DNA of 64,000 bases from an uncultured delta proteobacterium (lineage in GTDB: Bacteria > Myxococcota_A > Polyangia > Haliangiales > Haliangiaceae), in NCBI GenBank assembly GCA_963848295.1, contig CAWKDB010000009.1:1-64000 (forward strand), read 5' to 3'. The stretch's first letter is position 1, and each line of letters opens with the position of its first letter. The position numbers and the translations under genes were made by a program. Under the pieces are notes generated by a model, which was not told where the DNA came from, did not search any database, and was given only the letters and a program-made list of their open reading frames with translations. Below, piece by piece: positions 32,909 to 45,500 of this stretch.

Positions 32909-33477
32909 TCAGGCGCTTGGCGGCGCGTGGCCGTTCGTGACGACCTTCGTCCCGACTCTCGACCGTCGCGGCGAGCTCCTCGAGCAGCGCGCGCAGCGAC
33001 TTCATCTTCTTCGAGCCGATGCGGCTGGCCCAGCGCGCCTCGGCCGCGGCGGACACGCGCTTGACCTCGGCCGCCCACACCTTGCCCTTGGGGCCGAGGC
33101 GGACGCGCTTGATCACGCCGTGATCGGGATCCGGGAACCGCTCGACCATCCGCATGCGTCTCGAGGTCGTCGATCAGGTCGCCCACGGTCTGCTTGGGCA
33201 GCGAGACCGCAGGACCAGGTCCGACAACCGTACGCCGCCAGCTCGGCGCCGATCGCCGAGAGCAGCTGGACGTGCGCCGGCCGCAGCGCCGGGAACCCCA
33301 GGCGCTCGAGGCGCTGGCCAGCTGGGCCTGCAGGTCGTGCTGGGGGACGTGGAGCAGCGCGCGCAGATCGCGCGTCGCTGCTGCCAGAGCTCGAGGGTCG
33401 TGTCGCTTGTCAGGTCACGGGCTGCCTTCGAGGGATCGCATCACGAACGCGATCGAGCGGAAGCGGACATGCGTCAT
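32909..33477 (-). CDS. MarR-family regulator (frameshifted; ends approximate)
   Basis: GFPALRPAHVQL, PKQTVGDLIDDLE, VERFPDPDHGVIKRVRLGPKG. Confidence 0.7.
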
Positions 33478-33549
33478 ATCAAAACGACTCTCGGATGGGA
33501 ACGGCCGCGCTGCCGGAGAAAGTCGTCCGGTCATCCGGAGTCAGCGCCG

Positions 33550-36500
33550 TCACTTCATGTCGACGATGCCGACCTCGTTCGCGCCGCGGTCGACCGGCGC
33601 GCCGAACACCTTGCGCCACGCCCAGCGCGCGCCGCGCGAGATGTCGTCGAACCACGTGTAGATGACCGGGATCGCGACCAGCGTGAGCAGCAGCGACAGC
33701 GTCTGGCCACCGACGACGATGCTGGCCATCGCCTTCGAGAAGCCCGAGCCGATGCCCTTGCTCGTGATCAGCGGCAGCATGCCGGCGACGAACGCCGCCG
33801 TCGTCATCAGGATCGGGCGCAGCCGGTCCTTGGCCGCGGTCAGCACCGCCTCGGTGCGCGGCAGGCCCTGCCGGCGCAGCCCGTTCGCGTGATCGACCTG
33901 GAGGATCGCGTTCTTCTTGACGACCGCGAACAGCACGATCATGCCGAGCATCGAGAAGATGTTCAGCGAGCCGCCGGTGATCAGCAGCGAGATCATCGCG
34001 AACGGCAACGTGAGCGGCAGCGCGAGCATGATGATCAGCGGGTACAGCCACGACTCGAACTGCGCCGCGAGCACGAGGTACATGAAGACGAACGCGAGGA
34101 CGATCGCGAACAGGAACGCCTTCTGCATCTTGCCGAGCTCCTTGCTCTGCCCGAACGGCTCGACCGTGTAGCCGGCCGGCATGTTGAGCTCGTCGCAGCA
34201 CCTTCGTCGACGCGCGCCGTCGACCGCGGTCTGGTCGAACCCCGGCGACGACGTTCACGTGATCGTGACCGCGCGCTCGCGGCTCTGGCGCGTGATCTTC
34301 GAGGTCGCCGTTGTCGGCGCCGAGCTGGATCACGTCGGACAGCGGCACCTGGCCGAGCGTGCGCGACGGCACCGCGATCAGCGCGAGCGCGCTCGGGTCG
34401 TCGCGGAACCGCTCCGCCGCGCGCAGGAACACCGGGTACTGGTCGCCGCGATCCTCGAACGTCGACGCGTCCATGCCGCCGACAGGACGGCGAGCGTCAT
34501 CGTGATGTCCGCCGGGTCGACGCCGAGCATCGCGGCGCGATCGAGGTCCGGCTTGACCGTGGTCTCGTCGACCGGATCGAGCAAGCTCGAGTCGAGGTCG
34601 ATCACGCCGGGGATCTTCGCGATCTCGGTCAGCGCCTGCTTGCCGATAGCGCTCGAGCTTGTCGAGATCGGGCCCCGAGATCACGTACATGCACGATCGC
34701 GTTCTGGCCGCCGATCGAGAAGTCGTTGACCTGCTGCGCGGCGACGCGCGTGCCCTTCGGCACGTCGCGGCAGGACGTTCTTGCGCACCTGCTGCATCAC
34801 CGTCGTCCTGCGTGCGCACGCGCTTCTCGGGGTCGGTCAGGTGGACGTAGATGTTGCCGACGTTGGCCTGGCGCTGATCGCCGCCGGCCACCGTGACGAG
34901 CGTGCGACTCGACCTCGGGGATCGTCGCGGATCCGCGCGCGCGATGCGCTCGGCGATCAGCGTCGTCGCCTCGAGCGTGGTGCCCTCCGGCGCCTGCAGG
35001 TAGATCTCGAACTGCGCCTCGTCGTTCGGCGGCAGGAACGTCGCCGCCGACCTTCTTGCGACGATCGGCACCGACACGCACGAGCCGATGATCGCGACGA
35101 GCCGACGACCCAGCGGTGGCGCAGGCAGAACGCGAGCACGCGCCGTGTAGCAGCCGCGCGATCGGGCGGTAGAGCGAAGTCGCTGACGCGCTCGAGCACC
35201 GACTTGCGCCGGCGCTCCTGGCCCTCGGGCGGCGGCGGCGGCAGCATGCGCGCCGCCATCATCGGCGTCAGCGTGAACGCGACGATCATCGACACGCCGA
35301 TCGCGAACGCCATCGTGATGCCGAAGCTGAACAGGAAGCGGCCGACGATGCCGCTCATGAACGCGACCGGCAGGAACACCGCCATCAGCGACAGCGTGGT
35401 CGCGAGCACGGCGAGGCCGATCTCCTTGGTCGCGTGGATCGCGGCCGGGAACGGCTTCATCTTCTTCTCGTCGATGAAGCGATAGATGTTCTCGAGCACG
35501 ACGATCGCGTCGTCGATCACGATGCCGACCGCGAGCGCGAGCGCGAGCAGCGTCATCATGTTCAGCGTGAAGTGCGCGATCATCATCAAGCCGAACGTCG
35601 AGATGATCGACACCGGGATCGAGATCGCCGCGATGATCGTCGAGCGCAGGCTGCCGAGGAACAGCAGCACGACGAGCGCCGCGAGCACCGGCGCCGAGCA
35701 CGAGGTGCTCGAGCACCTGCGACGCGCTGCGTGCGGATCTGGATCGAGTTATCGCGCACGATGTCGACCGAGTAGCCCGGCGGCAGGTTCGGCTTGCATG
35801 GCCGTCGACCTGCCGCGATCACGCCGTCGACGACCGCGACCGTGTTCGTGCCGGTCTGCTTGCGCACCATGCAGCGCGATCGCCGGCTCGCCGTTGCGCG
35901 ACGCGGCGGTCTCCGCGTCCTTCTCGCCGTCCTCGAGCGTCGCGACGTCGCGCACGCGCACCGGGTGATCGCCGACCTGGCGCACCACGATCGTCGCCGA
36001 TCTGCGACGCCTCGCGTCGCGCGCGCCCTCGATGCGCAGCGTCGTGTTCGTCGGGCCGGTCTCGATCTGGCCGCCCGGCACGTTGACGTTCGACGTCGCG
36101 ATCGCGTGCTCGACCTCGAGCGCGGACACGCCGGTCGCGGCGATGCGGATCGCGTCGAGCTGGACGTTGATCTGGCGGTCCTGGCCGCCGAGGATCACGA
36201 CCTGGCCGACGCCGCCGAGCCGCTCGATCCGCTGCTTGACCTGCTTGTCGGCGAACCGCGTGAGGTCGCGGGTCGGCACGCCTTCGGGCCCTTGACCGAC
36301 GAGCACGATCACCGGCGCGGCGTCGGGATCGGCCTTGCGGACCTCGGGGCGCGTGCCGGCGGGCAGGTCGCGCAGCACCGTCGCGAGGTGCTCGTTGATG
36401 TCGTTCGCGGCCTTGTCCGGATCGACCTCGAGGTCGAACTGCGCGATCACGAGCGAGACGCCCTCGGTCGACGTCGAGGTCAGCGTGTCGAGGCCCGAGA

Positions 36501-36726
36501 CCGTGTTGACCGCCTCCTCGACCTTCTCGGTGACGTCGGTCTCGACCGCGCGTCGGCGACGCGCCGGGGTACGGCGTGACGATCGTGACGAGCGGGAAGT
36601 CGACCTTGGGGAACTTGTCGACGCCGAGGCTGCTGTAGCCGACGAGCGCCGACCACGACGAACGACAGGATCAGCACGCGTCGCGAAGACCGGCCGGCGG
36701 ACGCAGATACTGGCGAGCCACTGCAC
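33550..36726 (-). CDS. RND efflux permease, AcrB/HAE1 family (frameshifted)
   Basis: [60 protein letters not shown]. Confidence 0.92.
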
Positions 36727-36731
36727 GGCGG

Positions 36732-37822
36732 CTACTCCACGACCTTGGCGCCGTCGACGATCTGGTCGGTGACCTTGCGCGACGACCTTGCTCGCCCTTC
36801 GCCGACGCCCTGGACGATCGAGACCTGCCCTCGCCGGCGGCTCGCCGAGCTGGACGATGCGGCTCCTGCGGCCTCGCCGTCCTTGACGTCGACGAACGCG
36901 TGCCACGACCTTGCCGCGCTTGACGACCGCCGTCCGCCGGCAGCACCGGCCGCGGCGTGCTGACCCGATCCGACGCGCGCCTCGGCGAACATGCCGGGCA
37001 CGAGGTCGGCTGCCCGTGTCGAGCGTGGCCTCGACGATCAGCGCGCGCGATCTTGCCGATCTCGGCGCCGATGCCGCGTGATCGTCGCGCCGAACGTCTT
37101 GCCCGGCATACGCGACCGCGGTGAGCCTCGACGTTCTGGTCCTTCTGGACCGCGCGACCGCCTCCTCGGGCACCGACAGCTCGATGCGCAGCGGATCGTC
37201 GTCGACGAGCGTGAACAGCGCGCTTGCCCGGCGCGACCCACTCGCCCGGCGACACGTCTGCGCTCGGCGACGATCCCGTCGAACGGCGCGCGGACGATGC
37301 CGTCGGACACCGACTTCGACATCATCTCGACGCGCGCCTGCGGCGGCGGCCACCTGACTGGAGCGCCGTCGCGCACTGCGGTGCTCTGCCGGTCGTACTC
37401 GTACTGCGGTGATCGCGCCCTTGTCGAGCAGCGACTTGCGTGCGCTGCGCACTCCTGCTCGGCGAGCTGCTTCTGCGCCTGCGCGTGCGCGACGTTCGCC
37501 TGCGCCTCGCGCGCGCGACAGCGCGGCGCTGCGGACGTCGAGCTGGACGACCGGCTCGCCCATCTTCACGCGCTGGCCGCGCTCGACGCAGCACGTCGAT
37601 GACCTTGCCCTGCGTGTCGGCGGTGACCTCGGAGCGCTGGTTCGGCGCGATCGTGCCGGTCGAGCGTGAGCACGTCGGGCGTCGGCGCCTCGGCGGCCGC
37701 GGCCAGATCGCACCTTCACGGGCGGCGCCGGCGGCGCCTTGGTGGCGCCTCCGGCCGCATCCTCGGGCTTCTTGCAGGCGACGAGCGGCGACGAGGAGCG
37801 GACGAGGGCAGAGCGCACGCAT
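36732..37822 (-). CDS. RND periplasmic adaptor (MFP; frameshifted)
   Basis: Lipobox ..VACKK; ERGQRVKMGEPVVQLD, VRAPFDGIV, PGMFAEA. Confidence 0.85.
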
Positions 37823-37836
37823 GGTGCGCCGGACGA

Positions 37837-37852
37837 TGCACGGCCCCTGCCA
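37837..37852 (-). promoter_or_regulatory. Sigma54 promoter upstream of MFP-RND
   Basis: TGGCAGGGGCCGTGCA, 14 nt before the ATG at 37822. Confidence 0.55.
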
Positions 37853-37927
37853 GTCGGTCCACGCGCAGCCACGGCGGTTAGACGCCGCGGATTTGTATGG
37901 GATTCCCGACAGGTGTCGCGGGTCTTG

Positions 37928-39405
37928 TTAGCGGCTGCGGCGGGACGTCGGCGCCGATCGCGTGGCGCAGCTGCGCCAACGCGACGCGGAGATCGACCCG
38001 CGCGTTGAGCGCCGCGATCCGCGCGCGGGTCAGATCGGTCTCGGCGTCGACGAGCTCGACCGCGGTCGCGCGGTCGGCGGCGAGCAGCTCCTGGCGCACG
38101 CGGTAGCTCTCCTCGGCGGCCTCGAGGCCCTTCTGCGAGGTGCGGAGCGCGTGCAGCGCGAGCGCGACCGCCTGCTGCGCGGCAGCACCTGGACGCGCGT
38201 GCCGCGGACCAGGTTCTCGCGATCGGCGCGCAGCTCGTCGGCCTCGCGCGAGCAGGCGCTTGTTGGTGGTCTGCGAGGTCAGCGTGTCGCCGAGCTGCCA
38301 CGTCGAGCCTGGAGGCCGGCCAGCCAGGTCAGCTTGAACTCGTCGGCCTGCGGGAACGACGCGCGGGTTCGGGTCGCGCGTCGTCGACGCGCCGAACGCC
38401 GACGAGCTGCGGTAGCTGGTTCGCGCGCTCGGCCTCGCGCTGCTTGTCGTCGCGCCTCGATCCCGAGGTCGATCGCGCGGAAGTCGAGCCGCTGCTTGCG
38501 TCGCGATCTGCGACCAGCTCGTCGAGCGGCTCCGCGGTCGCCGGCGCGGCGACGTCGCTGCGGATGTCCTCGCCGAGCGCGAGCGGCTCGTCGTCGGGCG
38601 CGCCGATCAGGAGCGCGCAGCTGCTCCTCGCGCAGCACGCGCGATGCTTCTGCAGCTGAGTCGACCGTCTGCTCGGCCTCGGCCTCCTGCGACTCGACGC
38701 GCAGCAGATCGGCCTTCGACAGCCGCTGCGCGTCGGCGAGCGCCTGCACCTGGCGCAGCGTCGGCCTGGACCTGCGTCGAGCTGGTGCTGCGCGATCAGG
38801 ACCTGCAGCCGCGCGCGCACCCACTCGTAGTAGGCGAGCCGCGCGTCCTCGCCGGCGTCGATCTCGGTCGAGCCGCGGCTCGACCCGCGCGACGTCCTCG
38901 GCGAGCCTGCGCGGCGTCGGACCAGCTTCGGGATAGCGGAGCACGTAGTCGGACAGCGGGCACGGTGAGCGTCGCCTCGAGCGTCGTAGCTGTTCTGAGG
39001 AACGGGATCGATGAACGTCGATGCCGCCGAGCGGGAAGCACGGCGGTCGGGATCGAACGACAGCCGCGTCGTAGCCGACGCTTGCCGCCGATCTGCGGCA
39101 CCTGCTGCAAGCTCGGCCGCCTCGCCCTGCGCGATCGCGACCTCGACCTCGGCGACCTTGCGGCTGGACCGTCGGCGAGGCCGTCGCCGGCGCGCGCCGC
39201 CGCCTGGTCGGAGGTCAGCCCGCCCGCGACGAACAGCGCGTCGAGGTCCTTGTCGAACGCGGCCATGTCGATCGGCCGCGTCCGCCGCGGCCACCGGCGG
39301 CGCCGGCGGCGGCGGAGCGCCGGCGCGCGATGCGCGAGCCAGGACGCGACGTCATGCGAGCGCGGCGAGAAGCAGGGCCGGCGTGCCACCAGCGCCAAGT
39401 GTCAT
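37928..39405 (-). CDS. TolC-family outer-membrane efflux protein (frameshifted)
   Basis: RLAYYEWVRAR, LSKADLLRVESQ, AAEESYRVRQELL..ATAVELVDAETDLTRAR..LRHAIG; upstream of MFP/RND. Confidence 0.8.
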
Positions 39406-39573
39406 GGCCGCGCGACGAAAGCACCGAGGCGTGCCACGTCGCAAGGCCGCGCGTGCGATACGCGGTCGACGTCACGATTCGTCGGCCGGCGGCGTACAGC
39501 TGTCGATCGCCACAGTCCGCGCGACCACGCGGCTAGAGTCTTCGCGATGTCGACGCCGACGCATGATCGACGG

Positions 39574-39589
39574 TGGCACGCCGCTGGCA
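39574..39589 (+). promoter_or_regulatory. Sigma54 promoter for the HK-NtrC pair
   Basis: TGGCACGCCGCTGGCA, 13 nt before the GTG at 39603. Confidence 0.6.
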
Positions 39590-39602
39590 AACGCGAGCGT
39601 CC

Positions 39603-40954
39603 GTGAAGGACGTGCTCGACCCGACGGCCGTCGTGGCGCACGCAGCCGCGACGCAGTTCTTCGACCGGAGGCGCGCACGACCGACGCGCACGACGATCGC
39701 GTGCGGCGTGCTCGTCCAGGTCGCGGTGATCGCGATCTTGTTCCACGCCGACTATCCGTGCTGGCGGATCGCGACGCTCGGCGGCGTGTACCTCGCGTTC
39801 GCGATCGCGCACCGGCTTCGTGATGCGGCGGACCACGCGCGGACCGGGCACGTCGAGACGCGTTCATCGCGATGAACGTCATGGCCGCAGCTGTTCGTCG
39901 TGGCGCAGCGCGACGCTCACCGGCGGCGTGCACTCGCCGTTCGTGCCCGAGCACCGTGCTGCCCGCGATCGTGTCGCTGCTGTTCTTCGGCCCGCACGCG
40001 CGTCGCGCGCTGGATGGCGCTCGGCAACGGCCTGCTCGATCCTCGCGATGGCGTTCCTGCCCGAGTCGGTCGTCGGCCCGGCGCTCGGCGGCACGCGACT
40101 ACGCGGCGGCCGTGCTGGTCGAGCCTGGGCTGGAACCTGTTCATGCTCCACATGATGGTCGGCAAGCTCGCGATCGATCGCGGACCGCACCGGCGAGTCG
40201 ATGGCGTGCCTGCGCGAGGAGCGGCTGACCGAGGCCGAGGCCAAGCTGCAGCGGCTGCAGTCGGTCGGCGCGAAGGTCGCGCACGAGCTCAAGAACCCGC
40301 TCGCGTCGATCAAGGGCCTGTGCCAGCTCGTCGCGCGCACGCCCGAGAGCGAGCGCACGCAGGAGCGGCTCGCGGTCGTGGCGTCGGAGATCAGCCGGAT
40401 GGAGACGATCCTCAGCGAGTACCTGTCGTTCTCGCGGCCGCTCGAGGACCTCGAGCCCGAGGCCGCTCGACCTCGCCGGCGCTCGCGCCGCGACGTGATC
40501 GACGTGCTCGCGGGCCGCGCCGAGCAGGCCGAGCGTGGCGCTCGCGCTCGACGGCGCCGCGACGCACGTGCAGGGCGATCCGCGGCGCCTCAAGGAGGCG
40601 CTGATCAACCTCGTCGCGAACGCGATCGAGGCGACGCCGAGCGGCGGCAGCGTGTCGGCTCGCGCGTGCGCAACGGCGGCGCGACGTCGACGATCGAGGT
40701 CGAGCGACACCGGCCGCGGCATCGCCCCGGACGAGTGATCGAGCCGGCTCGGCACGTCGTTCTTCACGACGCGCCCGAACGGCACGGGCCTCGGCGTCGT
40801 GCTCGCGCAGGGCGTGATCGCGCAGCACGGCGGCACGCTCGCCTACGCGAGCACGGTCGGCCGCGGCACGACCGCGACGATCACGCTGCCCGTCGAGCCG
40901 GCGGCCGCGCCCGAGACCGGCGCCGCGCGCCGCGATGATCGAGGCGCGGGCTAG
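39603..40954 (+). CDS. Membrane sensor histidine kinase (frameshifted)
   Basis: TM region; VAHELKNPLASI (H-box), LINLVANAIEA, DTGRGI, FFTT..GTGLG. Confidence 0.88.
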
Positions 40955-40959
40955 CGCGC

Positions 40960-42356
40960 ATGACCGCCGATGCTGCTCGTCGACGACGAGCCCGGCGTCC
41001 TGTTCACGCTGACCGAGGTGCTGACCGAGCGCGGCCACCGCGTGGTCACCGCGCGCTCCGGCGACGAGGCGCTCGGCAAGCTCGAGGACGCCGACGCGGT
41101 CGTGACCGATCTCTCGATGCCCGGCATCGACGGCCTCGAGCTGATGGCGCAGATCGCGGCAGCGCGATCCGACGCTGCCGGTGATCCTGCTGACCGCGCA
41201 CGGCAGCGAGCGCGTCGCGGTCGCCGCGATGAAGCAAGGCGCGTACGACTACCTCGCCAAGCCGTTCGACATCGACGAGGTCGCGGTCGTGATCGAGCGC
41301 GCGCTCGAGGCGCGCCGGCTGCGCGTCGACAACCGCCGGCTCGCCGCCGAGCAGACGCTCGGCCGCCGCATCATCGGCGCGTAGCGGCCGATGCGGCGCC
41401 TGCTCGAGGCCACGAGCCGCGATCGCGTGCGCGCGACGTCACCGTGCTCGTGCGCGGCGAGACCGGCACCGGCAAGGAGTTCGTCGCCGAGCTGCTCCAC
41501 GCGCAGTCGACGCGCGCGAGCAAGCCGCTCGTCCGGTTCAACTGCGCCGCGCTGCCCGCCGAGCTCGCCGACGCCGAGCTGTTCGGCCACGTGCAAGCGG
41601 CGCGTTCACCGGCGCGACCGCCGGCGCGGCCCGGCTTCTTCGCGCAGGCCGAACAGCGGCACGCTGATCCTCGACGAGGTCGGCGAGCTGCCGCCCGCCA
41701 TGCAGGCGAAGCTCCTGCGCGCGCTGCAGGAGGGCGAGATCCAGCCGGTCGGCTCGGGCCGCATCGAGAAGGTCGACGTGCGCGTCGTCGCGTCGACCAA
41801 CCGCGACCTCGCGGCCGACGTCGAAGGCCGGCACGTTCCGCGAGGATCTCTACTACCGGCTCGCGGTCGTCGAGCTCGTCGTGCCGCCGCTGCGCGATCG
41901 CAAGGACGACATCCCGGCGCTCGCCGAGGAGTTCGCGCGCCGCTACGGCGAGCGGTTCGGCCTCGGGCACGATCGACGCTCGAGCCCGCGCTCGTCGACG
42001 CGCTCGTGCCGCGCCGACTGGCCCGGCAACGTGCGCCAGCTCGAGAACACGATCGCGCGCCTCGCGGCGCTGTCGCGCGGGCGGCGCGATCGGCGCTCGC
42101 CGACTACCAGGCCGCCGAGTCGGCGGCGAGCCGCACGGCGGCGCGAGCCGATCGCAGCGACACGACCGAGCCGCTGCCCGACGCGCGCAACGGCCCCTCG
42201 CTCAAGGAGCAGGTCGAGGCGTTCGAGCGCGGCCTCGTCGCGCGCACGCTCGACGCGACCGGCGGCAACCAGTCCGAGGCCGCGCGCCGGCTCGGCGTGA
42301 TCCGCGTGACGCTGATCGACAAGATGAAGAAGTACGGGCTGGGACCGAAGAGATAA
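40960..42356 (+). CDS. Sigma54-dependent response regulator, NtrC family (frameshifted)
   Basis: LLVDDE..TDLSMP receiver; [38 protein letters not shown]; Fis-type [21 protein letters not shown]. Confidence 0.92.
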
Positions 42357-42381
42357 CGCGGGCTTGGCGGGCGCCCAGATC

Positions 42382-42401
42382 GTTTTCTCCCTGTTTTCTC
42401 C
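42382..42401. repeat. Tandem direct repeat GTTTTCTCC x2 (11-bp period); putative integrase arm-type sites
   Basis: Copies at 42382-42390 and 42393-42401, at the compositional boundary. Confidence 0.6.
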
Positions 42402-42509
42402 TTTCGGGGTCTCGGCGCCGCGCTTGCGAGCTTTGTTTCGTTCGCGGCGGCAAACGGCTCCTGAGCGTCGAGGAGCCATTGTCAGGGCGCGGTTCTAGAA
42501 TCGTCCGTC

Positions 42510-45500
42510 GTGGCACAGCTGGTTGATATCGGGATCCTCACGATCCGGGATGACGAGCACCAGGCGCTGCTGGATGTGTTCCCGGACGAGTTGGCGGACG
42601 GATATCTCAAGGGAAAGCATCGCGAGTATGGGCATCGTCGTGCCGACGCCGGAAAGCTCGGCAGCTACTCGCTCGCGATCCTCAAGCAGCACGAGCAGGG
42701 CAACGGTGAAGCGCAGGACGCTGCGCGCGATCTTCTGGAAGACGTCGAACCGTCCCTGCTGTTGGTCGTCGGGATCGCTGGAGGATTTCCCTCGGATGAA
42801 CTCACCCTCGGTGATGTCGTCCTCTCCACGAGGATCAACGACTACTGCGTGGAAGCGAGAAAAGAAGGAGCTGAGGCGCAATACGCCCTCTCCGGCGGCC
42901 CGATCGACAGACAGATCCAGGGTGGCATCTCGAACCTGGCAGCCCGCACAAAGGATCTCGGTGACTGGACCGCTGGCCTTTCTCAGAAGCCCGCCGTGGA
43001 CTGGATGCGTGAGGGTCAGCTGTACGGACCAGCAAAGTGGCAAGAGGAGCTACGGGAGAAGCTCGATGCTCACTACGGGAAGGACGCTATCCCCAGGCCG
43101 CCGCGCTTCACATCGGGCGTGATCGCGTCGAGCGACAAGCTGGTCAAGGAGCCTGAACTTCTGTTCCCTTGGATCCAGACCGCGCGCAACCTGCTCGCCG
43201 TCGAAATGGAATCGGGCGGCGTCTACCGCGCAGCTCGCGGGCGCTGTCCGATGCTCTCGATCCGCGCACTCAGCGACATCGTCGGTCTCCGTCGGGCAAA
43301 TGCGTGGACGAAATATGCGGCGGAAGCGGCGGCGGCATTTACGCGCGCCTACCTGCGCACGTCCCCCATTGCCCCAAGCGCTAGCAAGCCTACCCCGCCA
43401 GCATCGGGATCACCGCCGAGCAACATCGGCTCGACCACTCACAACGCGCTAAACATCTCGGGCAGCCACGTCGAAGCAGCAAACATCGTCGTTGGTGTCC
43501 AACAGAACTACAACATCGCGTCTTCAGCGCCATCGTTGGATGCTATTGCCAAGCTTGTCGAGCACGGACTACTGGATCCGGCAGCCGAGCAACTCGAATC
43601 CTTGGAGAGGTCCTCTTGGGCCTCGATGAGCAAGGTTGAGAAGTATCGCCATAGAAAGCTGCAGGGACGGGTTCTGGTCTTGCGTGGCCAGCCGCGAGCG
43701 GCCGCCGACCGCTACGATGAAGCGGCTAGCTTCATTCCTGAAGACGAGAAATCACACATCCATAGGATCGATGCGCTCATGCTCCGTGACGACATCGTGG
43801 GTGCACATCAACTCGCCACTCAAGTCGTCGCCCAGTTTCCGAGCCTCATCTTGGCAAGGGCTGTCTGGATACGAAGCGCGCCCACGACACGACTATCGGA
43901 CGACCTCCTGCCGAAGCCTTGGGACGGGCTCGATCCTGACGTTGCAAGTGCTCTTGCCGACCGGCTCATCAACGAGAACCGAGCCAAGGATGCGCTAGAG
44001 GTCCTCCAGCGCGCGCATTCGCCCGGCGTCAACCTCCCCTTCTGGGGCACGTACTCAAATGCGGCACTCAGGTATCAGGAACAACTCGGTAGAGAGAGCG
44101 GCCCGCCTGAACTATTGGCGGAGGGACGCGCTGCCTTGGAGAAGGCACTGAAGTTGTGTGTTGGAGAGGGATTCAGGGACGGCAAGGTCCAGCTTCTCCT
44201 GAACATGTCCTACGTGCACCGCCTCAACGGAGATCTAGACGGAGAGTGGGATTCCCTCCGAGAGGCAGCTGCGATCAGCCCCAAGAACAAAGACGTTCGC
44301 CTCCGAACGGCGAAGGTACTCGTGGACCGAGGCCGCGAGACGGAAGCGATCACGATCTTTGAGAGCCTGCTTGAGGACGGGCCGGACTACGCTCCATTTC
44401 TCCTGGGCGTCTCCTTGGCCAAGCGGAACGCTGAAGGAGACCTAGAACGAGCGGCACAGATGTTTGAGCAAACGGCGACGCTCATCACGCCGAGCGTGCC
44501 CCTTCTGACACTGGATGGAGCCGACGGCTTCGTCCAGGTTTGCCGCGCGATGAAACAGTGGGACCGAGCGCTGGCCGGATGCACTACGTTCGCCCCGATT
44601 CTTGGAGAGTTTCGCTCCAGGGAATTAGCTGCGCGGATACATCTCGAACGAGGTGACAAGGCCTCCGCGGAACGGGTTCTAGCCGATGCAGTTGAGTGGT
44701 GCACAAACCCCGAGCAACAACGAATCCTCGGTCTCCTATCCGCGCACGCGGGAAACTACGAGCGCGCGGTAGTGCAACTCGAGTCTGTCACACCCTGGAA
44801 CGAGTGGACCGAGTCGACGGCTGCCTTACTGAGAGCAGCGCAGGCGACGGACCGCGATGAACTCACGATACGAATCTGCCGCCAGCTGCGGGAATCTGGC
44901 ATCTCGCGCAATTCCGTGATCGATGCCGAGGCGGAGCTCTTCAAAAACGAGGAGAAACGGGAGCTGCGATTGAGCTGGTCGAGCACGCTCTCGCCACGAA
45001 GGAGGACCCGTTCCTGCGGCTGAGACTTCTCGACGCTCGGAGTTTGCGGCTGGTCGTCCGGAGCTTATCGAACGAGATCCCGCTCGCCTCCCAAAACCTG
45101 GCGACGGCGATCCACGTGTCTCGATGATTGCTGTCGGCGTCCTCCGCGCCGCCGGCTCGAACGACGCAGCAATTCGATATGCCTATGACGCGTTTAGAGC
45201 CAATCGCTCGAGTGCCGACGGCTGGCGCGCAATTCTCGAAGCATTCAACCCAGCAACGGGCCCACAAAATCATTCAGAACCTGATCGCGTCAGCGCGGAT
45301 GCCGCCGTATTGGTTCGCGAAGGCCAGAATCGACGCTGGGTCATCGTAGAGCCCCGCGCCCCGGAGATCGAGCATGACGAGCTGGCGCCAGATGCTCCCC
45401 TGGTTGTCGCGATGCTTGGGAAACGTGTTGGTGACGAGTTCGAGGTGGCGCGCAACTTCGCGCTCCCTCGGACGTATGTCATCGAAGAAATTCGAAGCAA

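Noticed and set aside
39371..39388. TGGCACGCCGGCCCTGCT as a sigma54 promoter
   Set aside because: The GG-GC spacing is 12 rather than 10, and it lies inside the probable TolC coding start.
42479..42501. TTGTCA...TAGAAT as a canonical -35/-10 promoter
   Set aside because: The spacer is only 11 nt, so only the -10 element is retained as plausible.
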